Assembly (NCBI GenBank): GCA_038087875.1
Contig: CM075988.1
Coordinates: 434,001-498,000, forward strand
DNA: 64,000 nt
Direction: 5' to 3'
Origin: Malacoraja senta
Lineage: Eukaryota
How positions within the stretch are numbered: position 1 is the stretch's first letter; every line of letters begins with the position of its first letter. The notes under the pieces were generated by a model. That model had not been told where the DNA came from and did no database searches. It saw only the letters and a list, made by a program, of their open reading frames with translations. A program made the position numbers and the translations under genes. Positions 12,731-24,788 of this stretch are shown here, in pieces.

Positions 12731-15252
12731 GGTACACAAAAATGCTGGAGAAACTCAGCGGGTGCAGCAGCATCTATGGAGCGAAGGAAATAGGCAACGT
12801 TTCAGGCCGAAACCCTTCTTCAGACTGATAGGGGGTGGGGAGAAGAAAGGAAAAAGGCGGAGGAGGAGCCCGAGGGCTGAGGGATGGGAGGAGACAACCA
12901 GAGGGCTGAGGAAGGGGAGGAGACAGCGAGGGCTAGCAAAATTGGGAGAATTCAATGTTCATGCCCCCAGGATGTAGACTGCCCAAGCGGAATATGAGGT
13001 GCATTTCCTCCAATTTCCGGTGTTGCTTGCTGTGGCCATGGAGGAGACCCAGGACAGAGAGGTCAGATACGGAATGGGAGGGGGAGTTGAAGTGCTGAGC
13101 CACCGGGAGGTCAGGTTGGTTATTGCGGACCGACCGGAGGTGTTCGGCGAACCGATCGCCAAGCCTTCGCTTGGTCTCACCGATGTAGATCAGCTGACAT
13201 CTAGAGTAGCGGATGCAATAGATGAGGTTGGAGGAGATGCAGGTGAACCTCTGTCGCACCTGGAACGACTGCTTGGGTCTTTGAATGGAGTCGAGGGGGG
13301 AGGTGAAGGGACAAGTGTTGCATCTCTTGTGGTTGCAAGGGAAAGTACCCAGGGAGGGTATGGTACGGGAGGGAAAGGACGAATTGACAAGGGAGTTACG
13401 GAGGGAGCGGTCTTTGCGGAAGGCAGACATGGGGGGAGATGGGAAGATGTGGCGAGTGGTGGGGTCATGTTGGAGGTGGCGAAACTGACGGAGGATCACT
13501 TGTTGTATGTGACGGCTGGTGGGGTGAAAGGTGAGGACTAGGGGACTCTGCCCTTGTTGTGAGTGGGGGGATGGGGAGAGAGAGCAGTGTTGCGGGGAAG
13601 AAGTGTAGTCCAGAAAGCCATGGGAGTCAGTAGGTTTATAGTGAATGTCGGTCAGAAGTCTATCACCTGCGATGGAGATAGTGAGGTCAAGGAATGGTAG
13701 GGAAGTGTCGGAAATGGTCCAGGTGTATTTGAGTGCCGGATGGAAGTTGGTGGTGAAGCGGATGAAGTCAGTCAGTTGTGTGTGGGTGCAGGATGTGGCA
13801 CCAAAGCAGTCATCGATGTAGCGAAGGTAGAGGTCGGGGATGGGGCCCTGGTACGTATTGAACAAGGATTGTTCTACGCACTCGACAAAGAGGCAGGCGT
13901 AGCTGGGGCCCATGCCTGTGCCCATAGCTACGCCTTGTATTTGGAGGAAATGGGAGGAGTCAAATGAGAAGTTATTGAGGGTGAGGACCAGGGAGGGTGT
14001 CAGTGGCCGGGTATAGGTTGCTTCTCTGGTCGAGGAAGAACCAGAGGGCTTTGAGACCATCCTGGTGGGGGATGGAGGTGTACAATGACTGGACGTCCAT
14101 GGTGAAGATGAGGGGGTGAGGGCCTAGAGAATGGAATGCGCGGAGACGACGGAGAGTGTCTGAGGTGTCTTGAACATAGGTAGGGAGGGATTTAACCAAG
14201 GGGGATAGGATGGAGTCAAGGTAGGTGGAAATGAGTTCGGTGGGGCTCGAACAGGCAGAGACAATGGGTCTACCGGGACAGTCAGGTTTGTGGATTTTGG
14301 GGAGAAGGTAAAATCGGGCCATGCGGGGCTGGGGAATGATGAGGTTGGATGCTCGGTCGGGCAGGGCGTTGGAGTTGATGAAGTCGGTGATGGTGCTGGA
14401 GATGGTGGCCTGGTGCTCGTCAGTGGGGTCATGGTCCAGGGGTAAGTAGGAGGAGGTGTCCGAGAGTTGGCGCGTGGCCTCAGCTTTGTAGACATTGGCG
14501 CGCCAGACTACCACGGCACCTCCCTTGTTGGCGGGTTTGATAACCCAATCTGGGTTGTTGCGGAGTGAGTCGATGGCAGTGCATTCAGGGGGGGAGAGGT
14601 TGGCGTGAGACAGGGGAGTGGAGAAGTTGAGGCGGTAGTTTTTAATAAAGAGTTCTAAAGCCGGAAGGCTACGAGGGGGGTTCCATGAGGAGGGGGTGCG
14701 TTGGAGACGGGAAAAGGCGTCATCAGTGGGGGGCGAGGACTCCTTCCCATGGAAGTGCGCTGTGAGGCGGAGGCGACGGTAGAAACGTTCCAAGTCATGG
14801 AGGGTGCGGAACTTATTGAGGTGGGGACGGAGGGGGACAAAGGTAAGACCTCTGCTGAGGACAGACCGTTCGATGTCGGAGAGGGGGAGGTCGGGGGGGA
14901 TGGTGAACACCCGGCAGGGATGGGGGTTGGGGCCGGAGGAAGGCAGGTGGGTGGAATGGGGACGAGGCGACGTGTGGTGGGGGGGTGGTGGGTGGTCAGG
15001 GGGTGGGGGGGTGAGAGGGTTGTAGTGTGTGTGGGGAAGAGAAGTGGTCCCATAGTTGGAGAGGGATGGGGAAGAATCAGTGGAATTGCCACTGAGGTTA
15101 CCAGGGAAGGAAGACTAGCACTAGGACCCAGTGGAGTCAAACCCAGGAGAGTGGGAGTGAGCAGCGTGGAGGCTTCAGGCCCAGTACAGAGTCCAGTGAC
15201 GGCTGCTGGAGGGAGGGCAGTGGCGAGGGTCGGCGGACCCGATGCGATGGTC
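12731..15252 (-). mobile_element. Penelope-like retroelement (RT + GIY-YIG), frameshifted, 11-bp TSD
   Basis: IKPANKGGAVVV, PKIHKP, DVQSLYTSI, GVAMG, RYIDD, YIGETKR; TSD GGACAATGAAA at 12720-12730 and 15253-15263; empty site at about 43497-43507. Confidence 0.95.
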
Positions 15253-15429
15253 GGACAATGAAATTCTTGCTTGCTGCAGCACAACAGAATATGTAACATA
15301 ATACAGAACAGGAGATAAAAGTTCAGTGTGTTTATATACCATAGACTATATATACACAATAAATAAACAGATAAAATGCAATAGGCTGCTATTGTTCACA
15401 GTTTGGAGTTTAGTTCAGTTTAAATTCCG

Positions 15430-15780
15430 TTTAGAATATTTTTGGAGGACCAGGAAACCAGAAGCAAGAGTTACTCTAGGGAGTTACTCTAGGGAGTGAT
15501 TCTGCATTGGTTTTCAACGGTCGCGAAAAGGCGGTGACCGGGCAGCAATGGCGGCCAGATCTCCTACAATTCAAAGCGAGGGAGAAAGTGCCCAGCGCCG
15601 ACCAGTTGCCGTGGTAGTGCGCATGTGCAGGACGCTGTTGATGTGCTGGCAGTAGCAGTGCGCATCCGGGCTCCGCTATAGGGTCTTTAGTGCGCATGTG
15701 CAAGGCGGCCGGCAGGCAGGCTGTGCCGGCGGATGAGGAGCGAGCGGACAGCGGGGCCCGGCGGCCCGGACATGGGTATG
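15430..15780. promoter_or_regulatory. CpG-rich segment with NRF1-like (GCGCATGTGC x2) and YY1-like (ATGGCGGC) motifs
   Basis: Motif reading only; an inverted paralogue lies at about 43020-43320. Confidence 0.3.
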
Positions 15781-15872
15781 GGTACAGATACAGGTACAGG
15801 TACAGGTACAGATACAGGTAGATACAGGTACAGGTACAGGTAGATACAGATACAGATACAGGTACAGGTACA
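15780..15872. repeat. (GATACA/GGTACA)n hexamer microsatellite
   Basis: Directly visible. Confidence 0.9.
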
Positions 15873-15970
15873 GGCGGGCGGAGACCGAGAGAGAGAGGTA
15901 GGGGGGAGGGCGTCCAGCGTTGAACGACGTACATTTCGAGGCCCTAAGCTCCAGCCTATACGTAAATCCG

Positions 15971-16757
15971 GTTATCCACTTTGGTGGCAAAAACAGGAAA
16001 GCAGACTATTATCTAAATGGTGGCCGATTAGGAAATGGGGAGATGCAGCGAGACCTGGGTGTCATGGTACACCAGTCATTGAAAGTAGGCATGCAGGTGC
16101 AGCAGGCAGTGAAGAAAGCGAATGGTATGTTGGCCTTCATAGCAAGAGGATTTGAGTATAGGAGCAGGGAGGTTCTACTGCAGTTGTACAGGGTCTTGGT
16201 GAGACCACAACTGGAGTATTGCGTACAGTTTTGGTCTCCAAATCTGAGGAAGGACATTATAGCCATAGAGGGAGTGCAGAGAAGGTTCACCAGACTGATT
16301 CCTGGGATGTCAGGACTTTCATATGAAGAAAGACTGGATAGACTTGGCTTATACTCGCTAGAATTTAGGAGATTGAGAGGGGATCTTATAGAAACTTACA
16401 AAATTCTTATGGGGTTGGACAGGCTAGATGCAGGAAGATTGTTCCCGATGTTGGGGAAGTCCAGGACAAGGGGTCACAGCTTAAGGATAAGGGGGAAATC
16501 CTTTAAGACCGAGATGAGAAAAACATTTTTCACACAGAGAGTGGTGAATCTCTGGAACTCTCTGCCACAGAGGGTAGTTGAGGCCAGTTCATTGGCTATA
16601 TTTAAGAGGGAGTTAGATGTGGCCCTTGTGGCTAAAGGGATCAAGGGGTATGGAGAGAAGGCAGGTACGGGATACTGAGTTGGATGATCAGCCATGATCA
16701 TATTGAATGGCGATGCAGGCTCGAAGGGCCGAATGGCCTACTCCTGCACCTATTTTC
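15971..16757 (+). mobile_element. CR1 LINE 3' fragment, young
   Basis: Open RT C-terminal ORF to 16678, near-identical to 5856-6645. Confidence 0.95.
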
Positions 16758-17224
16758 CAATTGGTGTATGTGACAATAAATGTCCTTTGTCCTAGAACAA
16801 CAGTCACTGTCTCAACCTTAATGAGACCACGAATTAAAGAGGTGACTTCAGAAACGGGAAGTCAAGGAGGTTTCAAGGTCAGTTTAGTCAGGGGAACAGG
16901 TGGCAGCTTTCGTTAATAACAAGACACAGAGTGCTGGAGTAACTCAGCGGGTCAGGCAACCTCTCCAGAGAACCTGTATAGAGGACGTTTTACAGAGTCC
17001 TGGAGTAACTCAGCGGCAACATCTTTTTGTTTAGTTTAAGTTTAGAGATACAGCGCGGTAACAGGCTCTTCGGCCCGCACATTAACACTATCCTACACGC
17101 ACTCGGGACAATTTACACTTATACCAAGTCAATTAACCTACAAACCTGTACGTCCCTGAACTCCCCCTCCTCCCGCTCTCTCTCTCTCTCTCTCTCTCTT
17201 TATCCCCTTCTCTCTCGCAGATGG

Positions 17225-17400
17225 GCACAGAATGCTGCAGTAACTCAGCGGGACAGGCAGCATCTCCGGAGAGAAGGAATGGGTGACGTTTCGGGTCGAG
17301 ACCTGTCTGAAGAAGGGTCTTGACCTGAAACGTGATCCATTCCTTCTCTCCAGAGACGCTGCCTGTCTCACTGAGTCACTCCAGCATTTGGTGTCTATCT
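17225..17400. repeat. Palindromic (head-to-head) Penelope pLTR-derived repeat
   Basis: Arms of about 80 bp that are reverse complements, centred on gtctgaagaa. Confidence 0.75.
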
Positions 17401-17484
17401 TATGTTTAAAGCAGCACAGGCAGGGAGGGAGGGAGGGAGGGAGTTCCTTCATACACACACACCCCTCCCTCCCTCCCTCCCTGT

Positions 17485-17540
17485 GTGGGCGGGCACAGTG
17501 ACGAGGGGGTGGGGAAGTAGGAAGTCTGTAGTTTCGATGC
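17485..17540 (+). promoter_or_regulatory. Candidate UNC93B1 promoter motif cluster
   Basis: GGGCGG, TGACG, GGGGAAGT, GGAAGT and AGTTTCG in about 55 bp of non-repetitive sequence 0.75 kb upstream of the putative ATG exon. Confidence 0.35.
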
Positions 17541-18273
17541 GGGGAGTGGGAGATCGAGAGAGGAGACATACAGGGTAGAGGAACAGGGAGCGGGAGGGTA
17601 ATGTTTGTGAGAGGGAGGGAGGGAGAGAGAGAGAGAGAGGGGAAGAGAAAGATAGAGAGAGAGACGGGGAGAGTGGAGGCAATGTGTGTCTGTTTGTGAG
17701 AGAGGAAGTGGGAGAGGGGGGGAGGCAATGTGTGTGTGTGTGTGAGAGTGAAGTGGAGAGACTGGGAGGGGGAGTGTAGAGAGACAGAAAGGGAGAACAA
17801 GAGAGAGAGGGTGTGGGGATAGGGAGATCTAGAGAGGTGAGACACAGTGGGTGAACTGGGCAGGGGGAGATGGGAGAGTAGAGGGGCAATGTGTGTGTGT
17901 GTGTGGGGGGTAGAGTGGCTGTGAGATGGAGGTGGGAGAGGGGAGCGCCAATGTGTGTGAGAGTGACTGGAGGAGAGAGGGACAGATATGGGAGGGGGAG
18001 GTCAATGTGTGAGGGAGTGTGGAAGAGAGAGATTGGAGGATAGAGAGAGGGAGATCGAGAGAGAAGGTGGAGGAAGTGGGCAGGGGAAGAGGGGTGCGTC
18101 GAGCAGTCAGAGAGAGAAAAGAAGAGAGGGAGAAAAAGTGAGAGAGACGGGGAGGGACAGAGAGAGACTGGGGGATAGTGAGGGTCATAGGGATGAGTGA
18201 GGGGTCGTGGGTTACTATGACCTCTACTGATCTCTGACCCCTGCCCCCCCCAGGCCCCACCGGTTAAAGGGCG

Positions 18274-18363
18274 ATGGATGGAGATGGTTGCCTTGACGAC
18301 GGGCGGAATGGGATGGCGGCCAGGGAGCGACTGGTGACCTTTCACCCCGATGACGACACCCAG
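18274..18363 (+). CDS. UNC93B1: Probable first coding exon of UNC93B1 (MDGDGCLDDGRNGMAARERLVTFHPDDDTQ)
   Basis: Pyrimidine tract plus CAG acceptor at 18251-18253; gcgATGG Kozak context; 30 open codons; phase-0 donor CAG|GTAC matches the phase-0 start of the next exon. Sequence homology is not itself recognisable because this N-terminus is variable. Confidence 0.6.
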
Positions 18364-19191
18364 GTACTCGTGGGGTAGCCGCGTGTCGAGGGTCGGGCGC
18401 ACTGATCTGTCACCCCTGGGATCTCGGCTGGGGTCAGCGCCTGGGAATAAGAAGTGGAGCAAGAACAGGCCCTTCGGCCCACAATGAGATTGATAGTCTT
18501 GATTAGTATTCGGTTATGGGGAGAAGGCAGAATGGGGTTGAGAGAGAAAGATAGATCAGCCATGATTTTGTAGGAAGGAACTGTAGATGCTGGTTTAAAC
18601 CGAAGATAGACACAAAAACCTAGATTAACTCAGGGTGACGGGCAGTATCTCTGGAGAGAAGGAATGGGTGACATTTCGGGTCGAGACCCTTCAGACTGGT
18701 TAGGGATAAGGGAAATGAGATATAACGGGAGGTTGCACGGCAATCGTGGTCACAACTGAGGAGTACGGACGATGTGTCCAAACAATCTCCTTGGTTGGTA
18801 TTGACCCTTACTTAGTGCCTGAAGCTGAGAGACCCCGTGACATCTCCCAAATGCCAGAAGTTAATTCCATGGATATCATGGCCTACCTGATCTCAACGCC
18901 CCATCCATACACAGCAAAGATCTTTCAGGCCTACAAGTCATCTGAGGCTTACAATCAGTTTGCAAATGGTTGGTTCCACAACACTAGTGTATACATCCCA
19001 AATAATTCTCCACACTTATGAGTGGTGTGTGGAAAAATAAGTTTTCTATCATTATGCTATTGATATGTATATTTTGGCAAATAATAAAATGTCCTGACAG
19101 CTTAAACACCCACTGCCTTTCAAATACATTGTCAATTTGCTGAGGTTGATTATGTCCAATTAACAGCTAACAATTATGCCATTCCTTGGCT

Positions 19192-22100
19192 TAGAAACAG
19201 AGAAAATAGATGCAGGAGGAGGCCATTCGGCCCTTCGAGCCAGCACCGCCATTCATTGTGATCATGGCTGATCGTCCCCTATCAATAACCCGTGCCTGCC
19301 TTCTCCCCATATCCCTTGATTCCACTAGCCCCCAGAGCTGTATCTAACTCTCTCTTAAATCCATCCAGTGATTTGGCCTCCACTGCCCTCTGTGGCAGGG
19401 AATTCCATAAATTCACAACTTTCTGGGTGAAAACGTTTTTCTCACCTCAGTCTTAAATGACCTCCCCTTTATTCTAAGACTGTGGCCCCTGGTTCTGGAC
19501 TCGCCCAACATTGGGAACATTTTTCCTGCATCTAGCTTGTCCAGTCCTTTTATAATTTTATATGTTTCTATAAGATTCCCCCTCATCCTTCTAAACTCCA
19601 GTGAATACAAGCCTAGTCTTTTCAATCTTTCCTCATATGACAGTCCCACCATCCCAGGGATCAATCTCGTGAACCTACGCTGCACTGCCTCAATCACAAG
19701 GATGTCATTCCTCAAGTTAGGAAACCGAAACCGTACACAATACTCCAGATGTGGTCTCACCAGAGCCCTATACAACTGCAGAAGAACCTCTTTACTCCTA
19801 TACTGAAATCCTCTTGTTATGAAGGCCAAAATTCCATTAGCTTTCTTCACTGCCTGCTGTACCTGCACGCCAACTTACAAGGACATCCAGGTCTCGCTGT
19901 ACCTCCCCCTTACCTAACCTAACCCCATTGAGATAATAATCTGCCCCCTTGTTTTTGCCGCCAAAGTGGATAACCTCACATTTATCTATATTATACTGCA
20001 TCTGCCACACATCTGCCCACTCACTCAACCTGTCCAGGTCACACTGCAACCTCCTAACATCCTCTTCACAGCTCACACTGCCACCCAGCTTTGTGTCATC
20101 TGCAAACTTGCTAGTGTTGCTCTTAATTCCCTCTTACAAATCATTAATATATATGGTAAACAGTTGCGGCCCCAACACCGAGCCTTGCAGCACTCCACTC
20201 GCCACTGCCTGCCATTCTGAAAAGGACCCGTTCACTCCTACTCTTTGCTTCCGGTCTGCCAACCAATTTTCTATCCATGTCAACACCCTACCGCCAATAC
20301 CATGTGCTCTAATTTTAGTCACCAATCACCTTATCAAAGGCTTTCTGAAAGTCTAGATACACTACATCCACTGGCACCCCTTCATCCATTTTACATGTCA
20401 CATCCTCAAAAATTCAAGGATTTCCCTTTCATAAATCCATGTTGACTTGGACTAATCCTTTTACTGCTATCCAAATGCCCCATTATTACCTCTTTAATAA
20501 TTGACTCCAGCATCTTAACCATATAACCATAACAGCATGGAAACAGGCCATCTCGGCCCTTCAAGTCCGTGACAGACATTAATAAAAAATAAAAAATTAA
20601 AAATAAAATACTCCCCCCTAGTCCCATCTACCTGCACTCAGACCATAACCCTCCATTCCTTTCCCGTCCATATACCCATCCAATCTATTTTTAAAGGATA
20701 ACATCGAACCTGCCTCTACCACTTCCACTGGAAGCTCATTCCACACAGCTACCACTCTCTGAGTAAAGAAGTTCCCCCTAATGTTCCCCCTAAACTTCTG
20801 TCCCTTATTTCTCAAGTCATGTCCCCTTGTTTGAATCTTCCCTACTCTCAATGGGAAAAGCTTATCCACGTCCACTCTGTCTAACCCGCTCATAATTTTA
20901 AAGACCTCTATCAAGTCCCCTCTTAACCTTCTGCGCTCCAAAGAATAAAGACCTAACTTGTTCAACCTTTCTCTGTAACTTAGTTGCTGAAACCCAGGCA
21001 ACTTTCTAGTTAATCTCCTCTGTACTCTCTCTATTTTGTTGACATCCTTCCTATAATTAGGCGACCAAAATTGTACTCCATACTCCAGAATTGGCCTCAC
21101 CAATGCCTTGTACAATTTTAACATTACATCCCAACTTTTATATTCAATGCTCTGATTTATAAAGGCCAGCACACCAAAAGCTTTCTTTACCACCCTATCT
21201 ACATGAGATTCCACCTTCAGGGAACTATGCACAGTTATTCCTAGATCCCTCTGTTCAACTGCATTCCTCAATTCGCTACCATTTACCGTGTACGTCCTAT
21301 TTTGATTTGTCCTGCCGAGATGTAGCACCTCACATTTGTCAGCATTAAACTCCATCTGCCATCTTTCAGCCCACTCTTCCAAATGGCCTAAATCTCTCTG
21401 TAGACTTTGAAAATCTACTTCATTATCCACAGCCCCACCTATCTTAGTATCATCTGCATACTTACTAATCCAATTTTCCACACCATCATCCAGATCATTG
21501 ATGTACATGACAAACAACAGTGGACCCAACACAGACCCCTGAGGCACCCCACTAGTCATCGGCCTCCAACCTGACAAACAGCCATCCACCATTACTCTCT
21601 GGCATCTCCCATTCAGCCACTGTTGAATCCATCTTGTTACTCCACCATTAATACCCAACAGTTGAATCTTCTTAACCAACCTTCCATGAGGAACCTTGTC
21701 AAAGGCCTTACTGAAGTCCATATAGACAACATCCACTGCTTTACCCTCATCAATTTCCCTAGTAACCTCTTCGAAAAATTCAAGAAGATAAGTCAAGCAT
21801 GACCTTCCAGGCACAAATCCATGTTGACTGTTCCTAATCAGACCCTGCTTATCCAGATGCTTATATATATTATCTTTAAGTATCCTTTCCATTAATTTGC
21901 CCACCACTGACGTCAAACTAACAGGTCTATAATTGCTAGGTTTACTCTTCGAACCCTTTTTAAACAACGGAACAACATGCGCAGTACGCCAATCCTCCGG
22001 CACTATTCCCGTTTCTAATGACATTTGAAATATTTCTGTCATAGCCCCTGCTATTTCTACACTAACTTCCCTCAATGTCCTAGGGAATATCCTGTCAGGA

Positions 22101-24788
22101 CCTGGAGACTTATCCGTTTTCATATTTTTCAAAAGTGTCCGCACTTCCTCTTCTTTGAATCTCACAGTTTCCATTGCTACTCTGCTTGTTTCCCTTACCT
22201 CACATAATTCCATATCCTTCTCCTTCGTGAATACCGAAGAAAAGAAATTGTTCAATATCTCCCCCATCTCTTTTGGCTCTGCAGATAGCTGTCCACTCTG
22301 ACTCTCTAATGGACCAATTTTATTCCTTGTTATCCTTTTGCTATTAATATAGCTGTAGAAACCCTTTGGATTTACTTTCACCTTACTTGCCAAAGCAACC
22401 TCATATCTTCTTTTAGCTTTTCTAATTTCTTTCTTAATATTCTTTTTACATTCTTTATACTCCTCAAGCACCTCATTTACTCCATGCTGCCTATAATTAT
22501 TGTAGATCTCTCTCTTTTTCCGAACCGTGTGCAATTTCCCTTGAAAACCATGGCTCTTTCCATTTTTTACTATTTCCTTTCAACCGAACAGGGACATAAA
22601 GATTCTGTACTCTTAAAATTTCACCCTTAAATGTCCTCCATTTTTCTTCTACATCCTTCCCATAAAACAAACTGTCCCAATTCACTCCTTTTAAATCCTT
22701 TCGCATCTCCTCAAAGTTAGCCTTTCTGCAAACAAAAATCTCAACCCTAGGTCCAGTTCTGACCCTCTCCATAATTATATTGAAACTAATGGTATTGTGA
22801 TCACTGGACCCGAAGTGCTCCCCGACGCATACCTCCGCTACCTGCCCTGTCTCATTTCCTAACAGGAGGTCCAGCACTGCCCCTTCTCTAGTAGGTACCT
22901 CTATGTACTGCTGCAAAAAACTATCTTGCACACATTTTACAAACTCCAAACCATCCAGCCCTTTTACAGAATGTGTTTCCCAGTCTATGTGTGGAAAATT
23001 GAAATCTCCCACAATCACTACCTTGTGCTTACTACTAATATCTGCTATCTCCTTACATATTTGCTCTTCCAATTCTCGCTCCCCATTTGGCCGTCTATAA
23101 TACAGCCCTATAAGTGTTGCTACTCCTTTCCCATTTCTCAGTTCCACCCAAATAGCCTCCCTAGACGATCCCTCTAATCTATCCTGCCAAAGCACTGCTG
23201 TAATATCTTCCTTGACAAGCAATGCAACACCCCCACCTCTTGCCCCTCCAATTCTATCACCCCTGAAGCAACGAAATCCAGGAATATTTATTTGCCAATC
23301 ACAGCCCTCCTGCAACCATGTTTCACTGATCGCCACAACATCATACTTCCAGGTGTCAATCCAGGCTCTAAGCTCATCCACCTTTCTTACAATGCTCCTA
23401 GCATTAAAATATACACATTTAAGAAACCCACCACCACTTATTCTCTGTTTATTATCTTTTTCTTCTTTCTCACCTACATTTTGGGTCCGAGTGCTTCCCT
23501 TCTCTGCCTCCTGCCTCCCACATTTTCCACTAGCTTTCTCTATTTGAGTCCCTCCCCCCAACCGTTCTAGTTTAAAGTCTCCCCAGTAGCCTTTGCAAAT
23601 CTCCTCGCCCACAACCGGTCAGGCAAATCTTTCCCACAACCGGTCAGGCTAACTGGTCTGTAATTCCCCGTTTTCTCTCTCGCTCCTTTCTTGAAAAGTG
23701 GGATAACATTAGCTATCCTCCAATCCACAGGAACTGATCCTGAATCTATTGAACATTGGAAAATTATCACCAATGCGTCCACTATTTCTAGAGCCACCTC
23801 CCTGAGGACCCTGGGATGCAGACCATCAGGGCAGGGGATTTATCATCCTTCAGTCCCATTAGCCTACCCAATACTATTTCTCGACTAGTGAAAATTTATT
23901 TCAGTTCCTCTACCCCCTTAGATCCTCTGTCCTCCAGTACATCTGGGAGATTGTTTGTGTCTTCCTCAGTGAAGACAGATCCGAAGTACCTATTTAACTC
24001 TTCTGCCATTTCCTTGTTGCCCATAATAATTTCACCCGTGTCTGCCTTCAAGGGACCCACATTTGACTTTGCCACACTTTTTTCCTTAACATATCTAAAT
24101 ACGTTTTTACTGTCCTTCTTTATATTCCTGGCCAGCTTCCCCTCGGACTTCATCTTTTCAGCCCGTATTGCCCGTTTTGTTTCCTTCTGTTGTCCTATGA
24201 AAGTTTCCCAATCCTCTGGCTTCCGGCTACTCTTTGCTGTGTTATACATCTTAGTTTTATTCTATCCCTAACTTCTCTTGTCAGCCACGGTTGCCTTCTA
24301 CTCTCCTTAGAATCTTTCTTCCTTTTTGGAATGAAATGATCCTGCGTCTTCCGGATTATGCCCAGAAATTCTTGCCATTGCTGTTCCACCGTCATTCCTG
24401 CTAGGATCCCTTTCCAGTCTACCTTGGCCAGCTCCCCTTTCATGCCTTCATAGTCCCCTTTGTTCAACTGCATCACTGCCACTTCCGATTTAACGTTCTC
24501 CTTCTCAAATTGCACTACCTTCTCAAATGATCACTACCTCCAAGCGGTTCCTTTACCTCGAGTTCTCTTATCATATCTGGTTCATTGGATAACACTAAAT
24601 CCAGAATTGCCTATTCTCTGGTCGGCTCCATTACAAGCTGCTCTAAGAATCCATCTCGGAGGCACTCTACAAACTCTCTTTCTTTCGGTCCTGCACCAAC
24701 CTGATTTTCCCAGTCTACCTGCATATTGAAATCCCCCATCACCACAGTGGCATTACCTTCGTTACATGCCAGTTTTAACTCCTTGCAT
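19192..24788 (-). mobile_element. CR1 subfamily A, degenerate, interrupted by a CR1-B insertion
   Basis: RT fragments at 19413-20516; APE/linker fragments at 23627-24788. Confidence 0.92.
20517..23607 (-). mobile_element. CR1 subfamily B: ORF1 end plus near-complete ORF2 (APE+RT, one frameshift near 22530)
   Basis: NARS, ISETWL, GDFN, SDH, YRPVSL, DFSKAFD, YADD; (tatatggt)n tail; short TSD ATCTT. Confidence 0.96.

Larger units (their letters stand above)
10361..15760. repeat. Copy 1 of an inverted segmental duplication (partner about 42960-45700)
   Basis: Long collinear reverse-complement matches, e.g. the 10837/10893/11180 ORF translations are mirrored by 44491/44378/44145, and 15421-15640 by 43100-43320. 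Confidence 0.9.
9667..15971. mobile_element. Possible hAT-like element ends enclosing a composite segment
   Basis: CAGGGCCGGATTTA at 9667-9680 and inverted TAAATCCGG at 15963-15971, whose last bases are replaced by a CR1 insertion. No TSD could be verified. Confidence 0.3.

Noticed and set aside
17449..18462. 337-aa minus-strand ORF
   Set aside because: Low-complexity GA-rich sequence with no domain.
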